In this document: positions 1-7,711 of the stretch, piece by piece
Layout of the letters: every line of letters starts with the position of its first letter
How positions within the stretch are numbered: position 1 is the first letter of the stretch
Source of the DNA: a virus
Lineage: Duplodnaviria; Caudoviricetes
DNA: 25,517 nt
Virus record (IMG/VR): IMGVR_UViG_3300014613_000098
Span: 1 to 25,517 of that record
Strand: one strand, 5' to 3'
The notes under the pieces: model-generated
Databases searched by the model: none
What the model was told of the DNA's origin: nothing
What the model saw: only the letters and a program-made list of their open reading frames with translations
Position numbers and translations under genes: made by a program

Positions 1-199
1 GTTGTTAGGGTGAATCGGCAATAATGTCAGGTCGTAGAATGTGTTGATCCTGCGCGAAGGTGTTATAAGGATCCGCGTGCACGTATTTAGTTGTATATGT
101 TTGGCTTTCAGGGGGGTGGGGGTCGGGTTTTGGCGTTCCGGGCGCGTGCGATGCCCCCCGTTCTTATATATATAAGTCACTTTCCTCATTTACATCAGG

Positions 200-487
200 T
201 TACTTACAATGCTCATTAAGTTCAGTTATCCATTCTGGTGGTACTTTTAATTCTGCGTTTAAGTATCTTCTTATTGCTTCCATTAATTCACTTTTCCTAT
301 GTTCTTTCCATATAAGGTAGGGCATTATGCCTAGCGGGGGCCTAGTACTGCCTAGGATATCTGCTGGATTTAACTGGTTAGTAAAATCCTCTATAAATCG
401 CAGGGGTATTGCAGAGTTTTTTAGTTGTTCCCATGTATTCATCCATTCGATTACTGCGTTAATTTGATCGGTTGTCAGGGTTTTCAT
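200..487 (-). CDS. hypothetical phage protein (95 aa)
   Basis: ATG preceded by an A-rich leader; same strand as the rest of the left arm; no recognisable motif. Confidence 0.7.
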   Translation of the reverse strand: MKTLTTDQINAVIEWMNTWEQLKNSAIPLRFIEDFTNQLNPADILGSTRPPLGIMPYLIWKEHRKSELMEAIRRYLNAELKVPPEWITELNEHCK

Positions 488-510
488 TTTTTTTATTTTA
501 TTTGTGGTTA

Positions 511-565
511 TTTTCTATCATTTTCTATCATTTTCTATCATTTTCTATCATTTTCTATCATTTTC
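511..565. repeat. 10-bp tandem repeat (TTTTCTATCA) x5.5
   Basis: Five perfect copies at 511-560 plus TTTTC, read directly. Confidence 0.97.
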
Positions 566-770
566 GCATTCCGGCGGGATTTGCTTATTTAGAAACTACT
601 CTCCCGGGGCGGTTTTCAATTAAGTATTTAGTTTTCAATTCATTAGTATATACAGTTATTTTGCATATAAGGTAGTTAGACTAAATAAACATAAGGCAGT
701 TAAGTTAATAGTTATCAATACGTTCTGGATCAGTGTGCTTGATTTGTTTTTCATTCATGGGGCGGGTAAA

Positions 771-810
771 GTTACAAAAAGTTACAAAAAGTTACAAAAA
801 GTTACAAAAA
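771..810. repeat. 10-bp tandem repeat (GTTACAAAAA) x4
   Basis: Four perfect copies; the rightmost contains the TAA stop of the MTase at 802-804. Confidence 0.97.
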
Positions 811-1896
811 CATACCAAGTTCTTTCTGGATTCGTTTTTCGGCGATTTTTATGTATTCAGGGCTTAGTTCGATTCCTATGTAGTTCCGGTTAAGTTTGCG
901 GGCCACGATAGCGGTAGTGCCTGATCCAAGAAATGGGTCAAGTACGGTGCCGCCCTCCGGGCAGCCGGCTTTGATGCATGGCGCGATTAAATCTTCAGGA
1001 AATGTGGCAAAGTGGGCTTCGGAAAATGGCTTGGTTGTGACTGTCCAGACAGAGCGTTTATTACGACTTTCATTAACCGTTACAAAACTTTCTTGCCCTG
1101 TTCCATTTTTACCATTTCGCTTACCTCCGTAACGTATATTACCCTTGTTTAATCTAATATCATCAATACAAACACTATCTTCCTTTATTGCCTCCGCATC
1201 GTAGTAATACCTTTGTGACTTACTCATCAGAAAAATATACTCATGGGATTTGGTGCATCTGTTGGTTACGGGTTCGGGCATTGGATTGGGTTTGTGCCAA
1301 ATTATATCCTGCCTGAGCCACCAGCCGGCGGTTCTGAGTGCGAATGCACACATCCATGGGATTCCGATGAGGTCTTTGGGTTTTAAATTTTTGACTCTTT
1401 CTGTTTTTCTTCTTTGGTGTGCATTACCTGGTTCGCCTTTATTGGGATAATATCCCCCAGAACCACCCGCATAACTATCTCCTAAATTCAACCAACAAGT
1501 TCCTTCCGGTTTCAGCACCCGCCTTACCTGTTCAAATACCTCAACCATTTTCTGGACGTAGGCTTCTGGCGTCGCCTCAAGGCCGATCTGGCTGTCAATG
1601 CGGATGGCCCCGCATTTTGGGCAATTATCTTTATATATCGCATCACCCACGCCACCATCAACATTATCACTTCCAGTCTCACCAAAGGCACTTCTCTTAC
1701 TGTCTCTCTTGTGGCTACATTCCGGATCACCCCCTTCCCATGTTGCGGTTCCGTAATCCCGGAGTCCATAGTAAGGAGGCGACGTAACAACACAATCAAC
1801 TGCGTTGTCAGGCAACTGCTTGAGTAAATCAAGACAATCACCATGGTGGATTTTGTTAATCCACCCCGCCAACTCCGTACTTTCTTTAGTATTCAT
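802..1896 (-). CDS. DNA amino-methyltransferase (N4-C/N6-A), beta class, with a Cys-rich insertion
   Basis: Catalytic VTSPPY near the N-terminus, SAM-binding VLDPFLGSGTT near the C-terminus, plus IIWHKPN and HFATFP; insertion with C-S-H and CPKC. Confidence 0.93.
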   Translation of the reverse strand: MNTKESTELAGWINKIHHGDCLDLLKQLPDNAVDCVVTSPPYYGLRDYGTATWEGGDPECSHKRDSKRSAFGETGSDNVDGGVGDAIYKDNCPKCGAIRIDSQIGLEATPEAYVQKMVEVFEQVRRVLKPEGTCWLNLGDSYAGGSGGYYPNKGEPGNAHQRRKTERVKNLKPKDLIGIPWMCAFALRTAGWWLRQDIIWHKPNPMPEPVTNRCTKSHEYIFLMSKSQRYYYDAEAIKEDSVCIDDIRLNKGNIRYGGKRNGKNGTGQESFVTVNESRNKRSVWTVTTKPFSEAHFATFPEDLIAPCIKAGCPEGGTVLDPFLGSGTTAIVARKLNRNYIGIELSPEYIKIAEKRIQKELGMFL

Positions 1897-1942
1897 TATT
1901 TATCATTTCAAACAAGGAAGCCGTGGATATCCGCCGCGTGGA

Positions 1943-2035
1943 TCACTCTCTGTAATCCAACATACCCTTGACCCGGGTTAGGCTATCAGAATGCACTCTG
2001 CCCGGGATACTATTTAGGGCTTCCTTGTAGGTCAT
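1943..2035 (-). CDS. possible 30-aa ORF (MTYKEALNSIPGRVHSDSLTRVKGMLDYRE)
   Basis: ATG overlaps the stop of the upstream gene (ATGA coupling); fills an otherwise empty gap; below the ORF-track cutoff. Confidence 0.35.
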   Translation of the reverse strand: MTYKEALNSIPGRVHSDSLTRVKGMLDYRE

Positions 2036-2241
2036 GCCTCTTTCTCTCTCCCGCACACCGTACACCGATACCTGCGTGGCTGAATGCCTTTTGCTGGCGC
2101 ATGAGACCAGATCCGCATACCCTGCCCGTAAAGTTTATCCTGTTCTGCGTGAACGCAGGTACACTTCTGGATGATACTTGGGGATCTAGATGCGGTTACC
2201 GGATGGGATTGTTTCTTCATAGTTAAAGGTTTCACCTGCAA
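2032..2241 (-). CDS. small Zn-binding phage protein (CxCxH...CxxC)
   Basis: CTCVHAEQDKLYGQG and RCTVCG; the start may be the ATG at 2220. Confidence 0.7.
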   Translation of the reverse strand: MQVKPLTMKKQSHPVTASRSPSIIQKCTCVHAEQDKLYGQGMRIWSHAPAKGIQPRRYRCTVCGREKEA

Positions 2242-2516
2242 TCAAAATCCTGCCCATTGTTTGACATCTTTTTCCTCGCTAAATCTAGGGCTTTAGAAAT
2301 AGCCTCGATTACAGCCTCCCACTTCTCAAGATCCATAGATTCCCGGAAAAGAAAAGAATCCCTCCCCTGCAAAGGCTTAATCGAAACCTTGTTTCTAGAA
2401 TAATCCAATATGAGTTCTACGCTCACTTCTTCAGGATCGCTCATGATCAGTTTCGAGTACTCAACGGAAACGAGATACCGCTCCGAAGCGCGGACTATCC
2501 TGTAATTTTCTGCCAT
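2232..2516 (-). CDS. hypothetical protein (94 aa)
   Basis: ATG with a TTAACCA leader; tightly packed with neighbours. Confidence 0.7.
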   Translation of the reverse strand: MAENYRIVRASERYLVSVEYSKLIMSDPEEVSVELILDYSRNKVSIKPLQGRDSFLFRESMDLEKWEAVIEAISKALDLARKKMSNNGQDFDCR

Positions 2517-2540
2517 TGGTTAAAATTTTAAAGGTTAGCA

Positions 2541-3137
2541 TTAAAATTTGATTTTAAGTGGCATCCCGGATCCATTTCCTATATTATGCGTTATATCCAC
2601 AGGGGCTAATTCAATAAAATAACCCCTTCCAAATCCTTTTGATATACTAATGATGCTCGCATTTCCATCAAAAACTATATCAGATATTTTATTAGCCCCA
2701 TGAGATGTAAGCCAGAAATCTATTCTCTTTACTTTTTTTATGTGTTCCTCATCCAATATGCCATCATGGCAGGGGTCCCCCTCTTGCGTGGTTGCACCCG
2801 TAACTTTTCTTTCTTTATTCTCAATATATGCCCTTGCTATCGGGTGAAGTTCCCTGGGAATACTAAAACGCTCCACATGAATCTCTGCATTCTGAATCTT
2901 ATTTTTCTCAGAGGCGTAAAATGAATTCATACCATCGGTGTATATAGTTCCGATGTCCATGGAAATGTCTCTTATTGCGACAAAATCAATCGCAATCCTT
3001 GGGATTGGGTAATATTTTTCAACCACCTGGAGAGACCCACCTTCTTCGTGGTTTTCATCCTCTATCCATATTGTTTCCTGATATGTTCTTATAACACCAG
3101 TGATTTCTAGTTTTTCGACTGTCAGATTTACTTTCAT
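2541..3137 (-). CDS. hypothetical protein (198 aa)
   Basis: Long AT-rich ORF overlapping the upstream XRE gene stop by 4 nt. Confidence 0.75.
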   Translation of the reverse strand: MKVNLTVEKLEITGVIRTYQETIWIEDENHEEGGSLQVVEKYYPIPRIAIDFVAIRDISMDIGTIYTDGMNSFYASEKNKIQNAEIHVERFSIPRELHPIARAYIENKERKVTGATTQEGDPCHDGILDEEHIKKVKRIDFWLTSHGANKISDIVFDGNASIISISKGFGRGYFIELAPVDITHNIGNGSGMPLKIKF

Positions 3138-3325
3138 TTGTTTTTATATAATAAATTACACACATCCATATTCAGAACAGATGCTATTTTAAAAAGAGTT
3201 TCAATGCTTGGCTGCCTTCTGTTCTGAACATAAGAATTCACCATGTTATAACTTTTGCCAAGTCTTTCGGCCAACCAGGTTTGCTTAATTCCTTTTTCCT
3301 TCAGGACTTCTTTGATTCTGTTCAT
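3134..3325 (-). CDS. XRE/Cro-like helix-turn-helix regulator
   Basis: MNRIKEVLKEKGIKQTWLAERLGKSYNMVNSYVQNRRQPSIETL is a typical Bacteroidota HTH_3-type sequence. Confidence 0.9.
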   Translation of the reverse strand: MNRIKEVLKEKGIKQTWLAERLGKSYNMVNSYVQNRRQPSIETLFKIASVLNMDVCNLLYKNK

Positions 3326-4355
3326 CTATCGCTTTAAAAATTTCGTACACTACTTGCGGAACCACCGCATTTCCGAGTCCTTTCAGCCTATTCACCCGAT
3401 CTTTAATCCCGATTGCAACTCTTGGGATTCCTTCGGGTTCCCTGCTGAAATATCCGTCCATCCGGGTGGGTACATCATCAGCCACTCCACCCAGACAGGA
3501 TTCAGGCTGCCCGTTTGTTCCGTCGTTTTGTGAATTTCCCTGCCCAATAAACTGTTTGCTGGAACATTCTGGCAACTCTCTGCATTCCCGTCCTTGTGGT
3601 CTCTCGTTGTCGGTGTCGGAAACATCTTGGCATAGGTCTGTAAATCCATTCCCCCTTGGCCATGTATTGCCGGTTGATTGGCGTTTTGGGATTTCGGTGT
3701 TGGCAGCATCCCCTTTACCACATTGCTCAATCCCTGCTGCTTGCTCTTGACACTCCTTCGGCCTGAACAGTCCGGGGTCGGCAGCATCCTGACATCTTGA
3801 AATTGTGTTTTCCCGTTCTCGTCGCATCGTTTCAATCCCTGTGTCTGTGTGGTAGGCCACAATCCACACCCTGTCCCGTCTGTGCCACGCTCCGACACCG
3901 CAAGCTGGAATAACAAAAACCTCGACCTGATACCCTTCATCTTCCAGGTCAAGGAGTATCCGCTCAAGTGTTCTGCCATTTTCCATCGAGAGGAGGCCAG
4001 CAACATTTTCGCCAACGACATAGGCTGGTTTAATCTCTCGGATAACTCTAAGCATTTCAGGCCAGAGGTAACGGTTATCATTTTTTCCTTTTCTTTTCCC
4101 CGCTGCGGAAAACGGCTGACAAGGGAATCCCCCCACAATGATTGTTGGTTCGGATGGATTCCACTTTGTTCCTCCAAGTATTTTTTCATAGGTTAATTCT
4201 TTTATGTCATCAAAGACAGATACATCCGGCCAATGTTTTTTTATCACTTTCTGACACCATGGGTCAATCTCACAGAAACAGATGGGTCTCCATCCCAGCC
4301 AATTACCTGCAAGGCTAAAACCCCCTATACCAGAGAATGTGTCAATGATTTGCAT
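3285..4355 (-). CDS. dcm: DNA (cytosine-5) methyltransferase, large (alpha-like) chain
   Basis: Motif I FSGIGG, IV GFPCQPFS, VI ENVAG, VIII HRRDRVW and X LGNAVVPQV; no recognisable motif IX in this frame. Confidence 0.92.
   Translation of the reverse strand: MQIIDTFSGIGGFSLAGNWLGWRPICFCEIDPWCQKVIKKHWPDVSVFDDIKELTYEKILGGTKWNPSEPTIIVGGFPCQPFSAAGKRKGKNDNRYLWPEMLRVIREIKPAYVVGENVAGLLSMENGRTLERILLDLEDEGYQVEVFVIPACGVGAWHRRDRVWIVAYHTDTGIETMRRERENTISRCQDAADPGLFRPKECQEQAAGIEQCGKGDAANTEIPKRQSTGNTWPRGNGFTDLCQDVSDTDNERPQGRECRELPECSSKQFIGQGNSQNDGTNGQPESCLGGVADDVPTRMDGYFSREPEGIPRVAIGIKDRVNRLKGLGNAVVPQVVYEIFKAIDEQNQRSPEGKRN
3392..4189 (-). CDS. nested out-of-frame ORF, putative second (beta-like) subunit of the C5 MTase
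   Basis: 265 open codons in the +1 frame; LNPVWVEWLMMYPPGWT resembles motif IX; four (L/F/W)PT(P/T) repeats; leader AGAATTAACCT-ATG. Confidence 0.75.
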   Translation of the reverse strand: MKKYLEEQSGIHPNQQSLWGDSLVSRFPQRGKEKEKMITVTSGLKCLELSERLNQPMSLAKMLLASSRWKMAEHLSGYSLTWKMKGIRSRFLLFQLAVSERGTDGTGCGLWPTTQTQGLKRCDENGKTQFQDVRMLPTPDCSGRRSVKSKQQGLSNVVKGMLPTPKSQNANQPAIHGQGGMDLQTYAKMFPTPTTRDHKDGNAESCQNVPANSLLGREIHKTTEQTGSLNPVWVEWLMMYPPGWTDISAGNPKESQELQSGLKIG

Positions 4356-4369
4356 GTAAAATCAATTAA

Positions 4370-4385
4370 CCGGCGAAGGCGCCGG
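4370..4385 (-). terminator. GC hairpin CCGGCG-N4-CGCCGG upstream of the C5 MTase
   Basis: Perfect 6-bp intergenic stem; only a weak U-tract follows on the minus strand. Confidence 0.4.
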
Positions 4386-4408
4386 GAAGAAAAAAACTCT
4401 CCAATTCC

Positions 4409-4906
4409 TTATTTCTTCTTCCTCCCGGATTTCGGCGCGGCCAACTTCTCTTTCCCTTTATCACTCTTTTCAGGTTGTGCCTTCGCCCTCTTCACCGGTT
4501 TAATCGCTGGCTTAATCACCGGCTCGATCACGGGTTCGCCGACGAACTCATCCAAATCCTCCTTTAAGGTGAAAAACGACCTCTCTTCGACTTCTCTAAC
4601 TGCAATCTTCGGCTTTTTCTTCGCCGTGGGTTTCACCATGGGTTTCACATCGGGCTTTACTTCAGCCTCCACCTCTTTCTCCTGGCCGGGGGATCCATAA
4701 ACCTTAACATCGTTCAGGCGAAAGGTAATTCTTACGCCATCCGGGCGAAACCCTACTACGACAGCCTCATTGCCCTTTAAAGTCCGAATCCTGTTCTGAT
4801 GCCGGGTGTTGTAAAAATCCAAACTGCAATCCTCGCCGCCGACAGAAAAAATCTTATCCTCCATGATCTTTTCCAGTTTTCTCAAATTTTCATCTAAGTT
4901 GTTCAT
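4409..4906 (-). CDS. hypothetical protein with a Lys/Pro-rich low-complexity C-terminal half
   Basis: VKPDVKPMVKP, EPVIEPVIKPAIKPVK and a basic tail. Confidence 0.75.
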   Translation of the reverse strand: MNNLDENLRKLEKIMEDKIFSVGGEDCSLDFYNTRHQNRIRTLKGNEAVVVGFRPDGVRITFRLNDVKVYGSPGQEKEVEAEVKPDVKPMVKPTAKKKPKIAVREVEERSFFTLKEDLDEFVGEPVIEPVIKPAIKPVKRAKAQPEKSDKGKEKLAAPKSGRKKK

Positions 4907-4969
4907 AGCCTAATGTTTAAAGTGAATAAATCAAAATTTGGGACACCATTATATTTATAGGTGCATTTT

Positions 4970-5200
4970 TTATTTTTTTTCCAGAACACACTCATCTAAC
5001 CATATCCTTTCCATTGATGGCACAATCTCACCAAAACTCTCTACGCCCTTACTTCTGGGGTAAGCAAGAAAAAGATTCTGCTTTACCTCGACCCATCCCC
5101 AGCAAAGAGAGGCGCCAACCCTCTTCGGGAAAAGAAAGAACTTTCTTTTTACCCTCGTCGCACCGGTACGGTAAACTTTTACAGACTTTTTCATCCTCAC
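4970..5200 (-). CDS. hypothetical protein (76 aa)
   Basis: Coupled by a 4-nt overlap to the upstream ORF; RVKRKFFLFPK motif seen in small phage proteins. Confidence 0.6.
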   Translation of the reverse strand: MRMKKSVKVYRTGATRVKRKFFLFPKRVGASLCWGWVEVKQNLFLAYPRSKGVESFGEIVPSMERIWLDECVLEKK

Positions 5201-5424
5201 TCGGTTTTAGGTTTACTATCCGGCCTTCTGCCTTTTAAATACTGCTTCAGATAAGCCCTCTCCAGCTTCCTCAGCTTTCGGTAAAGTTCATAATCCATCC
5301 CCTCTGGCCTTTCGGTTATCATTGGCGCAAAGTTGCTTTTTGCCTTCTCTCCTGGGACTGTCGGGATTTCTGAAATTTTAGAAACCTTCTTTCCCGGAAT
5401 TAACTGTTTCCATCCTTTTTTCAT
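5197..5424 (-). CDS. hypothetical basic protein (75 aa)
   Basis: ATG start, packed in the operon; RPEGMDYELYRKLRK. Confidence 0.7.
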   Translation of the reverse strand: MKKGWKQLIPGKKVSKISEIPTVPGEKAKSNFAPMITERPEGMDYELYRKLRKLERAYLKQYLKGRRPDSKPKTE

Positions 5425-5426
5425 AA

Positions 5427-5597
5427 TTAAAATTCAATCCATTCAAAAATAAAACCAACAATAAGCCATAAAGCACAAACAACTATCAATGCTAAACAAA
5501 CATAAAAAACGATAATATATAAGTTAAATATAATGGTTACTGCTACTAAGCATAATGCTAAAAATATTAGTATTGGCTTAATTAGACAATTGTGCAT
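5427..5597 (-). CDS. small membrane protein, 56 aa (not in the ORF track)
   Basis: Manual translation MHNCLIKPILIFLALCLVAVTIIFNLYIIVFYVCLALIVVCALWLIVGFIFEWIEF; exactly fills the gap; about two TM helices. Confidence 0.6.
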   Translation of the reverse strand: MHNCLIKPILIFLALCLVAVTIIFNLYIIVFYVCLALIVVCALWLIVGFIFEWIEF

Positions 5598-5614
5598 AAG
5601 TTATTTTTTTAATT

Positions 5615-6223
5615 TTAAAGTTCTTCAAAATTCTCAACCTCTGCCAGAATGTAATCGTTCTTTATCACTATCGGTGGCGTGTATCCCTGATCTGCGAACC
5701 GCGAAAAGATAACTACCTTCCCCGCGTAATCCCCGTGAAGCACCCTCGCGAATAACGTATCAATCTTATCCCCGTAAAAAACTTTTGACATTGGTTTCTT
5801 TATCACTTCCACAATATTGTACCCGTTCACGGTAACAACCTTTCCTTCCCGTTCAACGAAGTAAACATTATGAGGCTTCACAAAAGCGTAAACACCCCAA
5901 TTACTGATAAAAAAAGCGGGATCATCCACCTGCGCGCAAGAGTTAAACCACCTACCAAAAGCGTTGAGCAGTGCGAGGTACTCCACGTGAGCGAAATCCC
6001 CCGGAAGTATATCCTTTACGCAGGAACTCACTACTTCCCCCGTGTTCGGCACGTACATAGCCGCATCAAACTGAGGATGAACCATGCTGATACTCAAATC
6101 CCCACTGGTGAGGGTGCTCTTAACATGATCATATTCGGCAAAAGGCAGATCCTTTTTCATTCTGATTTTTAAAAGAACGTGCCCGATAGGTCGAACACTC
6201 AAAGGATCTATTTCGTTACTCAT
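5615..6223 (-). CDS. GroES-like co-chaperonin, apparently two tandem GroES-like domains
   Basis: VRPIGHVLLKI...GEVVS...ILPGDFAHV, then NGYNIVEVI...GKVVIF...IKNDYILA, resembling the Cpn10 strand pattern. Confidence 0.6.
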   Translation of the reverse strand: MSNEIDPLSVRPIGHVLLKIRMKKDLPFAEYDHVKSTLTSGDLSISMVHPQFDAAMYVPNTGEVVSSCVKDILPGDFAHVEYLALLNAFGRWFNSCAQVDDPAFFISNWGVYAFVKPHNVYFVEREGKVVTVNGYNIVEVIKKPMSKVFYGDKIDTLFARVLHGDYAGKVVIFSRFADQGYTPPIVIKNDYILAEVENFEEL

Positions 6224-6236
6224 CTGGTTGGTCTTG

Positions 6237-6599
6237 TTAATAAATCCATTGTCTTGCTATCTCGCAAAGTGCAACAAAAACTGCATCTTTATATCTTTTT
6301 AATTGTCCAAGTTGTGCATAAGAAACTAAATCCGGGTGAATGCGTTTTTCACGATCACATTCTTCTCCATATTTCCATCCCAGCGTAAGATATGCTTGCA
6401 CCCAACGTCCATGTAATTCTTCAGGAGAGCGTGAACGTTGTTCCCCACATTGACGTTCAATTACATTAAAAAATTGATCTTTGAAGTCCTGTTCTCGTTC
6501 ATTCCATAGTACAGGAATTATTGGGGCATTTGCTGCTTCTGCTGCAAGCCTCGCAGCATCATATACAAATCTTGCCCTACGTTCTATTAATGTTTTCAT
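6237..6599 (-). CDS. RyR-domain protein
   Basis: ELHGRW...GWKYG...KRIHPDLVSYAQL...KD matches the RyR repeat consensus HxxW...GWxYG...HPxLVPYxxL. Confidence 0.85.
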   Translation of the reverse strand: MKTLIERRARFVYDAARLAAEAANAPIIPVLWNEREQDFKDQFFNVIERQCGEQRSRSPEELHGRWVQAYLTLGWKYGEECDREKRIHPDLVSYAQLGQLKRYKDAVFVALCEIARQWIY

Positions 6600-6637
6600 T
6601 TGTCTTGGGGTTGATTTTTAAAATTGTTCAAGGTCTT

Positions 6638-6838
6638 CTAATAATTATGAGTTGTTATTTTAACTAGTGTTCGTTTCCTTTTGATAACTTCTTTAGCTTC
6701 TTCCAGCGTATCATACCACCCTGTTGTGTAAGCATCAACATTATCAGGATTAAACCAAAAGCCAAAAATAGATTTCCGCTGAATACAAAACGTTTTCCTT
6801 GTTCCATAATCATATTCTTTTATTCTGTATGTTTTCAT
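6638..6838 (-). CDS. hypothetical protein (66 aa)
   Basis: KTYRIKE...IQRKSIFGFW...TLEEAK, typical small Bacteroidota phage protein. Confidence 0.7.
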   Translation of the reverse strand: MKTYRIKEYDYGTRKTFCIQRKSIFGFWFNPDNVDAYTTGWYDTLEEAKEVIKRKRTLVKITTHNY

Positions 6839-6881
6839 TGTTCTTTTGTTTGGTTAAATATCGCATATATAATACATTCTA

Positions 6882-7115
6882 TTATTTGGCGGTTTTGCTA
6901 AATATTTTGTCTGATAACTTAACAGCACTTGGATTGTTTTTTAAGTAATTGCCATATCTTTCAAGATTCAGCCTTGTTTCGGCAAAATTTTTCATCCTTT
7001 CATCTGTGCAGTGATTTTTACAATGTTCTATCCAATTTAATAATCCTTTTTTTATTAACCTCCCGCAGTAAGAACAGTAAGTATGTGTTTTCTCGTTGTT
7101 ATTTTTTATTTCCAT
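6882..7115 (-). CDS. hypothetical protein with CxxC...HxxxH/C putative Zn finger
   Basis: YCSYCG and EHCKNHC. Confidence 0.65.
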   Translation of the reverse strand: MEIKNNNEKTHTYCSYCGRLIKKGLLNWIEHCKNHCTDERMKNFAETRLNLERYGNYLKNNPSAVKLSDKIFSKTAK

Positions 7116-7309
7116 TATATTTTTCTAAGAATCCTCTTTATCTCTTTGTTGAGATCATCATCTGTCGTAATCCTTTCATCAAAAACTCTTTTTGTGAAAT
7201 GTCTAACCATTTTGGATGCTAAGCCTGCGGGAGAACGATCATCAATTTTATCCAGATCAATAATATCCTTATTAGACCAATGATCTTCGGCTGTGTGTCT
7301 TTGGATCAT
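7115..7309 (-). CDS. hypothetical protein (64 aa)
   Basis: Translationally coupled on both sides. Confidence 0.6.
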   Translation of the reverse strand: MIQRHTAEDHWSNKDIIDLDKIDDRSPAGLASKMVRHFTKRVFDERITTDDDLNKEIKRILRKI

Positions 7310-7506
7310 CTTTTGAATTTTTTATGGTACTCTTTCTGCATTACATCAACATCCCTGCCACTAGGCGAAATCCCGCGGTCGCGAAGATAATTCTCAAGGA
7401 TAATGGAAATCATCCCTGAAAACGTCCTGCGCTCGGCAACACGCAATTCCTCTATCCTGCTGTTGAGATCATTATCTATTGTGATGCTTTTACTTACTTT
7501 GCTCAT
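7306..7506 (-). CDS. ribbon-helix-helix (Arc/CopG-like) DNA-binding protein
   Basis: SKSITIDNDLNSRIEELRVAERRTFSGMISIILENYL; start moved to ATG 7506 because a promoter occupies 7530-7560. Confidence 0.8.
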   Translation of the reverse strand: MSKVSKSITIDNDLNSRIEELRVAERRTFSGMISIILENYLRDRGISPSGRDVDVMQKEYHKKFKR

Positions 7507-7529
7507 GATCTGAAACTTTAATTTCAATG

Positions 7530-7560
7530 CAAATATAATACGAAAAAACAAGATAGTCAA
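7530..7560 (-). promoter_or_regulatory. Bacteroidota-type promoter for the left arm
   Basis: TTGACT-N17-TATATTTG on the minus strand. Confidence 0.8.
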
Positions 7561-7609
7561 GGGAATTGTTTTTTTTTAATGTTTTTTTTAAAATTTAACT
7601 CCCTAACCC

Positions 7610-7641
7610 TTGACAAGCCAATATCCCATTCACTAATTTTG
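7610..7641 (+). promoter_or_regulatory. Bacteroidota-type promoter, divergent from 7530-7560
   Basis: TTGACA-N18-TAATTTTG. Confidence 0.8.
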
Positions 7642-7711
7642 AACCACAATAATGAAGACATTGAACACGAACAACGGAACAAATAGATATTAACAATTAA
7701 GAAACAACAAA

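Noticed and set aside
472-675. 67-aa plus-strand ORF
   Set aside because: TTG start, low-complexity translation of the tandem repeat, opposite to the local gene direction
511-810. CRISPR array
   Set aside because: Repeats are 10 bp and contiguous with no spacers; no cas genes
1524-1844. Second nested ORF inside the N4/N6 MTase
   Set aside because: The host frame already has all motifs and the nested product has no recognisable motif, unlike 3392-4189
896-7283. Plus-strand ORFs of the left arm (e.g. 1419-1787, 3849-4196, 4233-4700)
   Set aside because: Antisense shadows of better-supported minus-strand genes
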